Part shown: piece after piece, positions 1 through 8,360 of the stretch
Position numbering within the stretch: position 1 is the first letter of the stretch
Layout of the letters: the number at the start of each line of letters is the position of its first letter
Assembly (NCBI GenBank): GCA_029255525.1
Contig: JANLJK010000200.1
Coordinates: forward strand, 67-64,066
Direction: 5' to 3'
DNA length: 64,000 nucleotides
DNA from: Pseudolabrys sp.
Lineage (GTDB): Bacteria; Pseudomonadota; Alphaproteobacteria; Rhizobiales; Xanthobacteraceae
Position numbers and translations under genes: made by a program
Notes under the pieces: model-generated
What the model saw: only the letters and a program-made list of their open reading frames with translations
What the model was told of the DNA's origin: nothing
Databases searched by the model: none

Positions 1-945
1 GCGCCGGATCTCGTCGCGGCCTTCCAATTGGCCGGTCTTGGTGGTGACGAGACCCAGCACCACCGTCTTGTCCTTGGGCAACAGCTTGAGCGGGTCGAAC
101 GAGCCAGCGCGCGGCGAATCGTACTCCATGAAGAAGCCGTGCACCTTGATCTTGTTGAACAGAATCTCCTGCACGGCCTCGTAACCGCCTGCGCCCATAT
201 AAGTCGACTTATAATTGCCGCGGCACATATGCATCGTGATGGTCATGTCGGATGGAATATCCGACATGGCGACGTTGATGAGGTCGGCATAAAGCTCGCC
301 AAGCTTTTCCGGATCGTCGCCGCGCGCGCGCATCTGCTGACGGTATTTCTCGTCGCACAGCATGGCGATGAACACCTCGTCGAGCTGCAGATAGCGGCAG
401 CCGGCATCGGCGAAGTCGCGCACCGCCTTGCGGTATGCCAAGCCTAGATCCTCGAACATCGCGGCGAGCTGCGGATAGACGTTCTTGTCGACAGGCGTGA
501 GGATCGGCCGGCCCCACAGCGCCGATGGCGCGGGGATCGTGATCTTCGGCGTCTCTCTGGTATGCGCGGCCACGAACTTGAAGTGCTCGATCATCGGATG
601 ATGTTTCGAGCCGATTTTGCCGGTGACCTTGGTGCCTTCGTTGCGCGTATTGACGGCGGCGAAGGCAACGCCGGTGTCCATGACGTGCTTCTCGATGCCG
701 TCGAGGCCCCACAGAAAATCGAGATGCCACCACGAACGGCGGAATTCGCCGTCCGTAATCGACTTGAGGCCGACCTCCTCCTGCTTCTTGATGACGCGCT
801 CGATCTCGCGGTCCTCGACCGCCTTCAGCGCCGCCGCGTCGATCTCACGTTTTGCGAACTTCTCGCGCGCTTCTTTCAGCGCCGCCGGACGCAAGAGGCT
901 GCCGACATGGTCGGCGCGAAACGGCGGCTTGGTGCGTTGAGACAT
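1..945 (-). CDS. Cobalamin-independent methionine synthase II family protein (catalytic-domain-only MetE-like), paralog 1; 3' end runs off the window
   Basis: Not in the ORF track (open-ended). Read manually from ATG 945: MSQRTKPPFRADHVGSLLRP...TDGEFRRSWWHLDF...LQLDEV...TMHMCRGNYKST...FMEYDS...VVLGLVTTKTG; collinear with the three upstream paralogs. Confidence 0.92.
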   Translation of the reverse strand, partial: MSQRTKPPFRADHVGSLLRPAALKEAREKFAKREIDAAALKAVEDREIERVIKKQEEVGLKSITDGEFRRSWWHLDFLWGLDGIEKHVMDTGVAFAAVNTRNEGTKVTGKIGSKHHPMIEHFKFVAAHTRETPKITIPAPSALWGRPILTPVDKNVYPQLAAMFEDLGLAYRKAVRDFADAGCRYLQLDEVFIAMLCDEKYRQQMRARGDDPEKLGELYADLINVAMSDIPSDMTITMHMCRGNYKSTYMGAGGYEAVQEILFNKIKVHGFFMEYDSPRAGSFDPLKLLPKDKTVVLGLVTTKTGQLEGRDEIRR

Positions 946-968
946 GGTCGTGCTTCTCCCTTTTCTTT

Positions 969-1090
969 CTTATCCCTCCCCTGAAAGGGGAGGGTCCGGC
1001 GCGAAGCGCCGGGGGTGGGGTCGCCTACAAATGCCCCCCACCCGGCTCGCTTCGCTCGCCACCCTCCCCCGCGAGCGGGGGAGGGATAAG
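969..1090. repeat. REP/RIME-like palindromic element (CCCTCCCC...GGGGAGGG class)
   Basis: Terminal inverted repeat CTTATCCCTCCCC / GGGGAGGGATAAG with nested hairpins (gcgaagcg / cgcttcgc). Confidence 0.85.
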
Positions 1091-1095
1091 GAAGA

Positions 1096-2205
1096 CTAGC
1101 CCCAAACCTCTTCCGCCAATTCGACGATCATACGCAGTTTGGCCCATTGCTCTTCCTCCGCCAGCACATTGCCTTCTTCCGTGGAAGCGAAGCCGCACTG
1201 CGGCGACAGACATAGCTGGTCGAGCGGCACGTACTTGGCCGCCTCGTCGATGCGACGCCGGATCTCGTCTTTCGATTCGAGCTGGCCGGTCTTCGAGGTG
1301 ACGAGCCCGAGCACGACCATCTTCCCCTTCGGCACGAAGCGCAGCGGCTCAAAGCCGCCGGCACGCTCGCTGTCGAACTCCATGAAGTAGCCGTGCACGT
1401 TGATGGCGTTGAACATCGCATCGGCCACCGGCTCGTAGCCGCCCGCGGCGATGAAGGTAGAGCGGAAGTTACCGCGGCACAGGTGCATGGTGATGGCCAT
1501 GTCCGACGGAATGTCGGCGATCGCCGTGTTGATCATACCGGCATAGGCCTCGAGCAGCGCGGCCGGGTCCTCGCCCCGGTCGCGGATCTTCTGCACCAGC
1601 TTCTCGTCGCAAAGATAAGTGAGGTTAACCTCGTCGAGCTGCAGATAGCGGCAGCCGGCGCCTGCAAAGGCGTTCACCACCTTGCGGTAGGTCGTGCCGA
1701 GATCGCGATAGAACTCGTTCATGTCGGGATAGACCGACGCCGGCACGGCCTCGCGGCCGTCGCGGAAATGCAGCGCCGACGGCGACGGGATCGTCATCTT
1801 CGGCGTCTCGCGCGTGTGCGCGGCGAGGAACTTGAAGTGCCCAATCATCGGATGATCGGTAAAATCGCCGAGCTTGCGCGCGACCCGCGTCAGCACCTGC
1901 TGCGGCTGCACGCCGCCTTGGAAACTGACCTTGCGCTGGTGCGGCACCGTCTCGATGCCGGGCAGCGCCGAGATGAAATCGGTCTGCCACGACTTCCGGC
2001 GAAATTCGCCGTCGGTGATCGACTTCAGGCCGACCGCTTCCTGCTTGCGGATCAGCGCCTCGATCTCGCGATCCTCGATCGCTGTCAATTGTTCGGCGGA
2101 GATCGCGCCGCTGGCACGGTCGGCGCGCGCCTGCTTCAGCGCGGCGGGCCGCAGCAGGCTGCCGACCTGGTCGGCACGAAAGGGCGGCCTGGTGCGTTGG
2201 GGCAT
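1096..2205 (-). CDS. Cobalamin-independent methionine synthase II family protein, paralog 2
   Basis: 369 aa; RADQVGSLLRP, TDGEFRR, Zn ligands HLC / MEFD / SPQCGF. Confidence 0.93.
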   Translation of the reverse strand: MPQRTRPPFRADQVGSLLRPAALKQARADRASGAISAEQLTAIEDREIEALIRKQEAVGLKSITDGEFRRKSWQTDFISALPGIETVPHQRKVSFQGGVQPQQVLTRVARKLGDFTDHPMIGHFKFLAAHTRETPKMTIPSPSALHFRDGREAVPASVYPDMNEFYRDLGTTYRKVVNAFAGAGCRYLQLDEVNLTYLCDEKLVQKIRDRGEDPAALLEAYAGMINTAIADIPSDMAITMHLCRGNFRSTFIAAGGYEPVADAMFNAINVHGYFMEFDSERAGGFEPLRFVPKGKMVVLGLVTSKTGQLESKDEIRRRIDEAAKYVPLDQLCLSPQCGFASTEEGNVLAEEEQWAKLRMIVELAEEVWG

Positions 2206-2221
2206 GGTTGTCTTCCTATGA

Positions 2222-2294
2222 TCCGTTCGTCCCCGCGAAAGCGGGAACCCAGTTCTTTTCCAGTTGGATTTCCGCTTTCGCGGGAATGAGCGGA
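2222..2294. repeat. REP-like palindrome (CCCGCGAAAGCGGG class)
   Basis: TCCCCGCGAAAGCGGGAACCCAG...GGATTTCCGCTTTCGCGGGAATGA; near copy at 22003-22075. Confidence 0.88.
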
Positions 2295-2302
2295 GGACTT
2301 GG

Positions 2303-3409
2303 CTATCCCCACACCTCTTCCGCCAATTCGACGATCATGCGCAGCTTGGCCCACTGCTCTTCCTCGGCCAGCACATTGCCTTCTTCCGTGGAAGCGAAGC
2401 CACATTGCGGCGACAGGCAAAGCTGCTCGAGCGGCACATATTTTGTTGCTTCGTCGATACGCCGCTTGATGTCGTCCTTCGCCTCCAACCGCCCGCTCTT
2501 GGAAGTGACCAGCCCCAGCACCACCAGCTTATTGCCCGTGAGATGGCGCAGCACATCGAAGCCACCGGCGCGGTCGGTGTCGAATTCGAGAAAATAACCG
2601 TCGATATTGACCTTGCCGAACAATTCCTCGGCGACGAATTCGTAGCCGCCGGAGGCGATGAAGGTAGAGCGAAAGTTGCCGCGGCAGGAATGCATGGTGA
2701 TCACCATGTCCTTGGGCTTGGCCTCCAGCGCCTTGTTGGTCATGCGCGTGTAGTGCCGCGGCAACGCGTCCGGATCGTCGCCGCGCTTTTTCGAGTCTTC
2801 ACGCTGCTTGGGATCGCAGATCATCGCCCAGGCTGTGTCGTCGAGTTGCAAATAGCGACACCCGGCGGCGTAGAAGGCCTTGATGGCGTTCTGGTAGGCG
2901 ATCGCGACATCGTCGAAATAGGCGTCGAGATCAGGATAGACGTCTTTGCTGATCGACTGCCGGCCCTGGCGGAAGTGCAGCGTCGAAGGCGCAGGGATCG
3001 TCATCTTCGGCGTCGCCTTGGCGTGCGCCTTGAGGAACTTGAAATGGTCGAGATGCGGATGGGTCGGCGAGAAACCGATCTTGCCGACAATGCGGACACT
3101 TTCCGCCTTGGTATCGACACCGGCGAAATGAATGCCCTCGCCGGTCTGGTAGAATTCCGCGCCATCGAGGCCCTTGTAGAAATCAAAATGCCACCAGGAG
3201 CGGCGGAATTCGCCATCGGAGGCGAGCTTCAGGCCGACCTCTTCCTGCTTCCTGATGACCTTCTCGATCTCACGATCTTCGATGTCCTTCAGCGCCGCGG
3301 CATCGATCTCGCGCTTGGCGAATTTGGCGCGCGCTTCCTTCAGCGCGGCGGGCCGCAGCAGGCTGCCGACATGGTCGGCACGAAAGGGTGGCGTGGTGCG
3401 TGAAGACAT
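2303..3409 (-). CDS. Cobalamin-independent methionine synthase II family protein, paralog 3
   Basis: Start trimmed to ATG 3409 (MSSRTTPPFRADHVG) by alignment with paralogs; HSC / LEFD / SPQCGF motifs. Confidence 0.93.
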   Translation of the reverse strand: MSSRTTPPFRADHVGSLLRPAALKEARAKFAKREIDAAALKDIEDREIEKVIRKQEEVGLKLASDGEFRRSWWHFDFYKGLDGAEFYQTGEGIHFAGVDTKAESVRIVGKIGFSPTHPHLDHFKFLKAHAKATPKMTIPAPSTLHFRQGRQSISKDVYPDLDAYFDDVAIAYQNAIKAFYAAGCRYLQLDDTAWAMICDPKQREDSKKRGDDPDALPRHYTRMTNKALEAKPKDMVITMHSCRGNFRSTFIASGGYEFVAEELFGKVNIDGYFLEFDTDRAGGFDVLRHLTGNKLVVLGLVTSKSGRLEAKDDIKRRIDEATKYVPLEQLCLSPQCGFASTEEGNVLAEEEQWAKLRMIVELAEEVWG

Positions 3410-3508
3410 TTTGGTTTCGCTCCCGGATTTCTTATTCACGGCCGATATGTTTCGGCTCGGTCTTCGTTGCCGATGGCCGGCTTGCCCGGTCATCGCATCT
3501 TACTCCGC

Positions 3509-3604
3509 TGTCATGCCCGCATAAGCGGGCATCCAGTAATCACAGGCACCGAGAGTGAATCGAGGCGCGGAGTTGACTGGGTCCCCGCTTTCGCGGGGAC
3601 GACA
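3509..3604. repeat. REP-like palindromic element
   Basis: TGTCATGCCCGCATAAGCGGGCATCCAG...CTGGGTCCCCGCTTTCGCGGGGACGACA; two hairpin arms related to 2222-2294. Confidence 0.85.
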
Positions 3605-3611
3605 CGCCGGC

Positions 3612-4721
3612 TCAGCCCCAAACTTCCTTGGAGATATCGACGATCATCTTCAGCTTGGCCCACTGCTCTTCCTCGGCCAGCACGTTGCCTTCTTCCGTGG
3701 AAGCGAAGCCGCACTGCGGCGACAGTGCAAGCTGGTCGAGCGCGACGAACTTGGTCGCCTCCTCGATGCGCTTCTTCACATCCTCTTTCTTCTCGAGGGT
3801 GCCGCTCTTCGAGGTGACGAGGCCGAGCACGACGATCTTGTTGCCCTTGGGCAGGAAGCGCAGCGGCTCGAAACCGCCGGCGCGGTCGGTGTCGTATTCA
3901 AGGAAGTAGCCGTCGTAGTTGCACTTGGCGAGCAGGCTCTCGGCCACCGGCTCGTAGCCGCCCGACGAGATGAAGGTGGAGCGGAAGTTGCCGCGGCAGA
4001 CATGCGTGGTGATCACCATGTCGGCGGGCTTGGCCTCCAGCGCCTTATTGATGCACTTGGTGTAGGTGTCCTGCAGGTGATCGACGTCGAGGCCGCGTTC
4101 GCGCGCCTTCTTGAGCTCCTCCTGCGAGCACAAATAAGCCCAGGCGGTGTCGTCGAACTGCAGATAGCGGCAGCCGGCGGCGTAGAACGCCTTGATCGCG
4201 TTCTGATAGGCGACCGCGAGATCATCGAAGATGGCGTCTCGATTGGCATAAGCCGACGCGCTGACCGAGCCCGGTTCGAGGCGGAAGTGCATCACCGTCG
4301 GCGACGGGATCGTCATCTTCGGCGTCTTGGTCGCATGCGCCTTCAGGAACTTGAAGTGCTCCAGCATCGGGTGATTGGCAGCGAAGCCGATCTTGCCGTT
4401 GACGCGCAGCACCTTCATCTTGGTCTGCATGCCCTGAAACTGGATGCCGTGGTCGGAGTCCTCGACCGTGACGCCGTCGAGCATGCCGAAGAAGTCGTAG
4501 TGCCACCAGGCGCGGCGGAATTCGCCGTCGGTAATGGCGTGCAGCCCGATCTCTTCCTGCTTCTTGATGATCTTCTCGATCTCGCGATCCTCAACTTCCT
4601 TGAGTTGAGCCGCAGTGATCTCGCCCTTCTCGCGCTTGGCGCGCGCTTCCTTCACCGGCGCGGTACGCAGGATGCTGCCGACATGATCGGCACGGAAAGG
4701 CGGTCTGGTCCTCTGAGCCAT
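3612..4721 (-). CDS. Cobalamin-independent methionine synthase II family protein, paralog 4
   Basis: 369 aa; RADHVGSILR, HVC / LEYD / SPQCGF; GGAGG SD upstream. Confidence 0.93.
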   Translation of the reverse strand: MAQRTRPPFRADHVGSILRTAPVKEARAKREKGEITAAQLKEVEDREIEKIIKKQEEIGLHAITDGEFRRAWWHYDFFGMLDGVTVEDSDHGIQFQGMQTKMKVLRVNGKIGFAANHPMLEHFKFLKAHATKTPKMTIPSPTVMHFRLEPGSVSASAYANRDAIFDDLAVAYQNAIKAFYAAGCRYLQFDDTAWAYLCSQEELKKARERGLDVDHLQDTYTKCINKALEAKPADMVITTHVCRGNFRSTFISSGGYEPVAESLLAKCNYDGYFLEYDTDRAGGFEPLRFLPKGNKIVVLGLVTSKSGTLEKKEDVKKRIEEATKFVALDQLALSPQCGFASTEEGNVLAEEEQWAKLKMIVDISKEVWG

Positions 4722-4767
4722 TTAGGTTTTCCTCCGCGTATTGCCCCCGGCCGCAACGGCGGGGATC

Positions 4768-5634
4768 TCAAGGTGGGTGAGCCATAGCACGGTCCGCGCC
4801 GTGCGTCTTGCACGCCACTTCGCATGCGTAGCGCGCCGTTTCAACGGCACCGCCGAAGGAAAAATAATGCGGGGCAATGTCGCCGAGGCCTTCGGCCGCG
4901 GCGAGCGTCTCGATGATGCGGTCGGGCCCGACATGGCCGATCAGGCCGGTCGCCGCGCCCGAGACGAGGCCGCGCAAGGACGCGCCGACGCCGCAGCGCT
5001 TCGCGTAACGGAAGAGCGCCGGCATGCTGGTCGGTCCGGCCATGCCGACCTTGACCGGCCAGTTGATGCCGCAGGCGCGCAACTGCTGCAGCCAGGCAAG
5101 TATCCGCTCGGGCGCGAAGGAGAACTGGCTCACGATATGGACCATTAGGCCCTGCGCCGTGGCCACCGCGATCTTCTGATCGAGCGCGGCCTCCAGGCGT
5201 TCAGGCGGAATGCGCGGATGACCTTCCGGATAAGCGCCGATACCGATCTCTTCGAAACCCGCTTCGCGCAGCCGGCCCTTGCGGATGACCGCCAGCGCGT
5301 CGTGGAATGGCCCGGCCGCTTCGACATCGCCGCCAATCACCAGCAGACGGCGGACATCGGCCTCGCCGCGCAAGCCCGCGAGCAGATCTTGCAAATGTTG
5401 CTCGCTCGGCAGCCGGCGCGCCGCGATGTGCACCACCGGCTCCAGCCCCGCCTTGCGCAAGGCCGCCGCGCCCTGCACGATCTCGGCGCGCGACACCGTC
5501 GGCACCGCCGTGAAATAAATCTCCGTGCCCGCCGGCAGGACCGTCGCGAGCGCGGCGATTTCGGCTGTGTCCGGCCGCGTCGCTTCGAGCGAAAACTTTC
5601 GCCCGAAGTCCGCGGCCGGTGCGAGCGCGGTCAT
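4768..5634 (-). CDS. metF: Methylenetetrahydrofolate reductase-like flavoprotein (atypical MetF subfamily)
   Basis: FSLE, PVVHIAAR, LVIGGD, GAYPEGHP, QKI, VSQFSF, VGMAGP motifs; start trimmed to ATG 5634 to avoid overlap with the upstream gene. Confidence 0.8.
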   Translation of the reverse strand: MTALAPAADFGRKFSLEATRPDTAEIAALATVLPAGTEIYFTAVPTVSRAEIVQGAAALRKAGLEPVVHIAARRLPSEQHLQDLLAGLRGEADVRRLLVIGGDVEAAGPFHDALAVIRKGRLREAGFEEIGIGAYPEGHPRIPPERLEAALDQKIAVATAQGLMVHIVSQFSFAPERILAWLQQLRACGINWPVKVGMAGPTSMPALFRYAKRCGVGASLRGLVSGAATGLIGHVGPDRIIETLAAAEGLGDIAPHYFSFGGAVETARYACEVACKTHGADRAMAHPP

Positions 5635-5650
5635 CGACCAAGTCCGGCGC

Positions 5651-7075
5651 TTAATCGCGGCGGCGGGAAATAACGAAAGACTCGTCATAGAACCACAGGC
5701 CCCCGTGCTGCTGCAGCACATCGCGCGTGGCGTCGATGTAGCGGCGATCGCTGTTGACGTCGGAGAGCCGGTCGTCCTCGACCTGCGCGACATAGATCGC
5801 CGCATTCCAGGCCGCGAGCAGCGTGGACGTACCGATCGACGAGGAGATCTCCGAGGGCAGCGTGTGCATGTCGTAACGGAACAGCGAGCGCTGATCGGAA
5901 TAGGCGTTGAAGTTGAGGTCGCGGCCGGCCACCCCCAACTCGTGCTTCACCGCCTTCAAGAGGTCATGGCGGTTATGCATGAACGGATTATCGCCCGGCC
6001 ACACCTTGTTGATGATGTCCATGCCTGGATCGTTGCCGTGCGACTGGATCGCGATCATGCGGCCACCGGGCCCGAGCGCACGCGCGAGCGGCGCCAGCAC
6101 GCGCTTGGCCTTGAATTCCAGCGAGGCACGGGCACGATAAGGCTGCGAGGCGATGACGAGGTCGTAATCGGCGACGGTACCGCCGGGCTTCGGCACGATC
6201 TGGTCAAGCAGGAATTTGTGATCGTTGCGGTACAGCACCAGGATCACCGGCCGCTCATAGACCGGGTTGCCGCTCTTCGGCGACACCCGCGCCTTCCAGC
6301 TTTCCGCCAGGAAGGGCTCCAGATCGGTGATCTGCTTCTCGAACGAATGGGCGGTATTGCCGTCCATCGCCACCTCTTTCCAGATCAAGCTGGTGGCGGC
6401 GCTGAGCGACTTTGTGGCGAGCCATGGCGCCTCGGCATAAGCGAGGTTGGTGAGCACGACGACGCTGGAGGGATGCTCGACGAAACGATCCGGCAGTTTC
6501 TGCAGCGTGAGACGCACGTCCTCCAGGCTGATCTCCTTGCCGACGATGTAGAACGGCATGGTCGGGAAGCGGTCATGCATCGAGCGCATCACGCGCGCCA
6601 GTACGGTGCCGTCGCCGACGCCGGCGTCGAACACGCGCACGGCCGGCGGCCGCGGATGGATGTTGGCGAGCTCAAGGCTGACGCGGTTGGCGACTTCCCA
6701 CTTCTCGCTGCACGTATTCACGAACAGCAGGTATTTCTGCCGGTTATCGAAAAAGCGGAAATTGCGCTGCGGATCGTCGCTGGCCTGGCCCTCGGCCACC
6801 AGCGGTGCCGGCGGCTTCACCACCGGCAGCGGGGACGGCGTGTAGCCGGACGTGGAGGAAGGATCGAACAGAACGCGCCGGCGACCCGGCGCATCTTCAT
6901 GACCGAGAGACATGAATGCCCTTATGCGTTCGAGCGTGTCGGTGGTGATACGACCGCCATTGCGAAGGCGGCTGGCGAGCTTGCCGTCGTTGACGGCGCG
7001 ACGGCCGAAGGTGGATTCGGCTAATCCGCGCTGGCGGCAGAAATCAGTGATTTCCTGGATGATTTGCTCGTTCAT
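5651..7075 (-). CDS. Cro/XRE-like HTH domain fused to a class I SAM-dependent methyltransferase-fold domain, function unknown
   Basis: N-term AESTFGRRAVNDGKLASRLRNGG, Pro/Ser linker, then VFDAGVGDG (motif I), GKEIS, YDLVIASQPY, LGPGG; AAGGA SD before ATG 7075. Confidence 0.75.
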   Translation of the reverse strand: MNEQIIQEITDFCRQRGLAESTFGRRAVNDGKLASRLRNGGRITTDTLERIRAFMSLGHEDAPGRRRVLFDPSSTSGYTPSPLPVVKPPAPLVAEGQASDDPQRNFRFFDNRQKYLLFVNTCSEKWEVANRVSLELANIHPRPPAVRVFDAGVGDGTVLARVMRSMHDRFPTMPFYIVGKEISLEDVRLTLQKLPDRFVEHPSSVVVLTNLAYAEAPWLATKSLSAATSLIWKEVAMDGNTAHSFEKQITDLEPFLAESWKARVSPKSGNPVYERPVILVLYRNDHKFLLDQIVPKPGGTVADYDLVIASQPYRARASLEFKAKRVLAPLARALGPGGRMIAIQSHGNDPGMDIINKVWPGDNPFMHNRHDLLKAVKHELGVAGRDLNFNAYSDQRSLFRYDMHTLPSEISSSIGTSTLLAAWNAAIYVAQVEDDRLSDVNSDRRYIDATRDVLQQHGGLWFYDESFVISRRRD

Positions 7076-7292
7076 AGCGCAATCCTTGGCGCGTTTCCCG
7101 TTCGGCTCTAACGGCCGTTGACGGTGCAAGCGAAACAACTCGCTCGCTTTCCGTCAACCACAAAACACATATGGGAAAGATGGGCAGAGTGGGTGGGCAG
7201 AATAAAATTACCGAAAATAACGGTATTCAAGTTGGAATGCAGTAGCTTCCCGCACCGCACGATGCTTCGCGAGATTTGTTAAATTTTTTGAA

Positions 7293-7315
7293 TGGGATAT
7301 ATCCCACTAAGTGGG
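7293..7315. promoter_or_regulatory. Overlapping palindromes, candidate operator
   Basis: TGGGATATATCCCA (7293-7306) and CCCACT-A-AGTGGG (7303-7315) in an AT-rich intergenic region. Confidence 0.45.
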
Positions 7316-7322
7316 CAAACGG

Positions 7323-8339
7323 TTACGCCGAAATTGCCGCTTCCTTCCGCGCGTCCGCCGCGAGGTCGACGCTGCGATAGGCGGTGTCGACGACGATGAC
7401 GCCGCCGACGGCGCGCGACACGCAGGCGCAAATCCTCTTGTTTTCTTCCCGCTCGTGCTCGCTGAAGAAAACGTCGCGATGATCGATCTCGCTTGAGGAC
7501 TCGAGCACGTTGAGCACGCAAAGCCCACATTCGCCACGGCGGCAATCCCACATCACATCGACGCCGGCCTCGACCAGCGCATCGAGCATGGTCTTGTTCT
7601 CGGGCACCAGCACCTCGATGCCCTGCGGCGAGGTGCGCACACGGAAAGCCTGCGGCGCGAAGCGGCCGCTGGAGCCGAACGTCTCGTAACGCAGGCCGGA
7701 GGTCTTGCGGCCGCTCTCCGCCCAGGCGCTGCGCGCAGCATCGAGCAGACGCATCGGCCCACACAGATAAAGCTGCCCCTCCGGATCGAGCCTGGCGATC
7801 TCGGATGCGAAATCGAGACGCCGCCCTTCGGAAGAGACGAATACCGCGAGCTTATCGCCGAGCTGCGCCGACAGCTCAGGCAGGAATGCAAGTTCTTCGC
7901 GCGAGCGCGCGGCATAGAGAAAGCGGAACGACATGCCGCGACGCAGCAACGTCGCCGCCATGCCAAGCATCGGCGTAATGCCGATACCGCCGGCGACCAA
8001 CAGATAGTCCGGACGACTGAATTCGAGTTCAAAATGGTTCTTCGCCGACGACACTGAGACGCGCGCGCCTTCCCGGAGCGCGTGCATCGCGCGCGAACCG
8101 CCGCGGCCCTGATCGTCGCGCTTGACGGCGATGCGATAGACGGCGCCGTCAGGCTCGCCGACGAGCGAGTATGATCGCAGGTCGGCACGGCCATCGATGA
8201 CGACGCCGATGTCGATATGGCTGCCCGGCGCCCAGACCGGCACGCCGCTGTCGGGCGCGATGTCGAACTGACGGATTGTCGGCGTCACGTCGCGGATGGC
8301 GCGGATCGTCGCCGTGGTCCAGGTAATGTCGCTGCGCAT
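7323..8339 (-). CDS. vanB: Vanillate O-demethylase oxidoreductase (PDR/VanB family)
   Basis: RSYSL, GGIGITP, C-terminal 2Fe-2S CRRGECGLC...C; near vanA. Confidence 0.9.
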   Translation of the reverse strand: MRSDITWTTATIRAIRDVTPTIRQFDIAPDSGVPVWAPGSHIDIGVVIDGRADLRSYSLVGEPDGAVYRIAVKRDDQGRGGSRAMHALREGARVSVSSAKNHFELEFSRPDYLLVAGGIGITPMLGMAATLLRRGMSFRFLYAARSREELAFLPELSAQLGDKLAVFVSSEGRRLDFASEIARLDPEGQLYLCGPMRLLDAARSAWAESGRKTSGLRYETFGSSGRFAPQAFRVRTSPQGIEVLVPENKTMLDALVEAGVDVMWDCRRGECGLCVLNVLESSSEIDHRDVFFSEHEREENKRICACVSRAVGGVIVVDTAYRSVDLAADARKEAAISA

Positions 8340-8360
8340 GATCGGTTCCTCGGCAAGCCG

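Noticed and set aside
3410-4767. SAM, SAH or cobalamin riboswitch in the leaders of the metE-like genes (hairpins near 3470-3496 and 4745-4764)
   Set aside because: Only simple hairpins seen; no SAM-II, SAM-SAH or B12-box consensus recognised by eye. An Infernal/Rfam scan would be decisive
1393-7024. Long plus-strand ORFs 1393-2289, 2264-3403, 3555-4787, 5525-7024
   Set aside because: Antisense shadows of motif-bearing minus-strand genes, expected with high GC3; no motifs of their own
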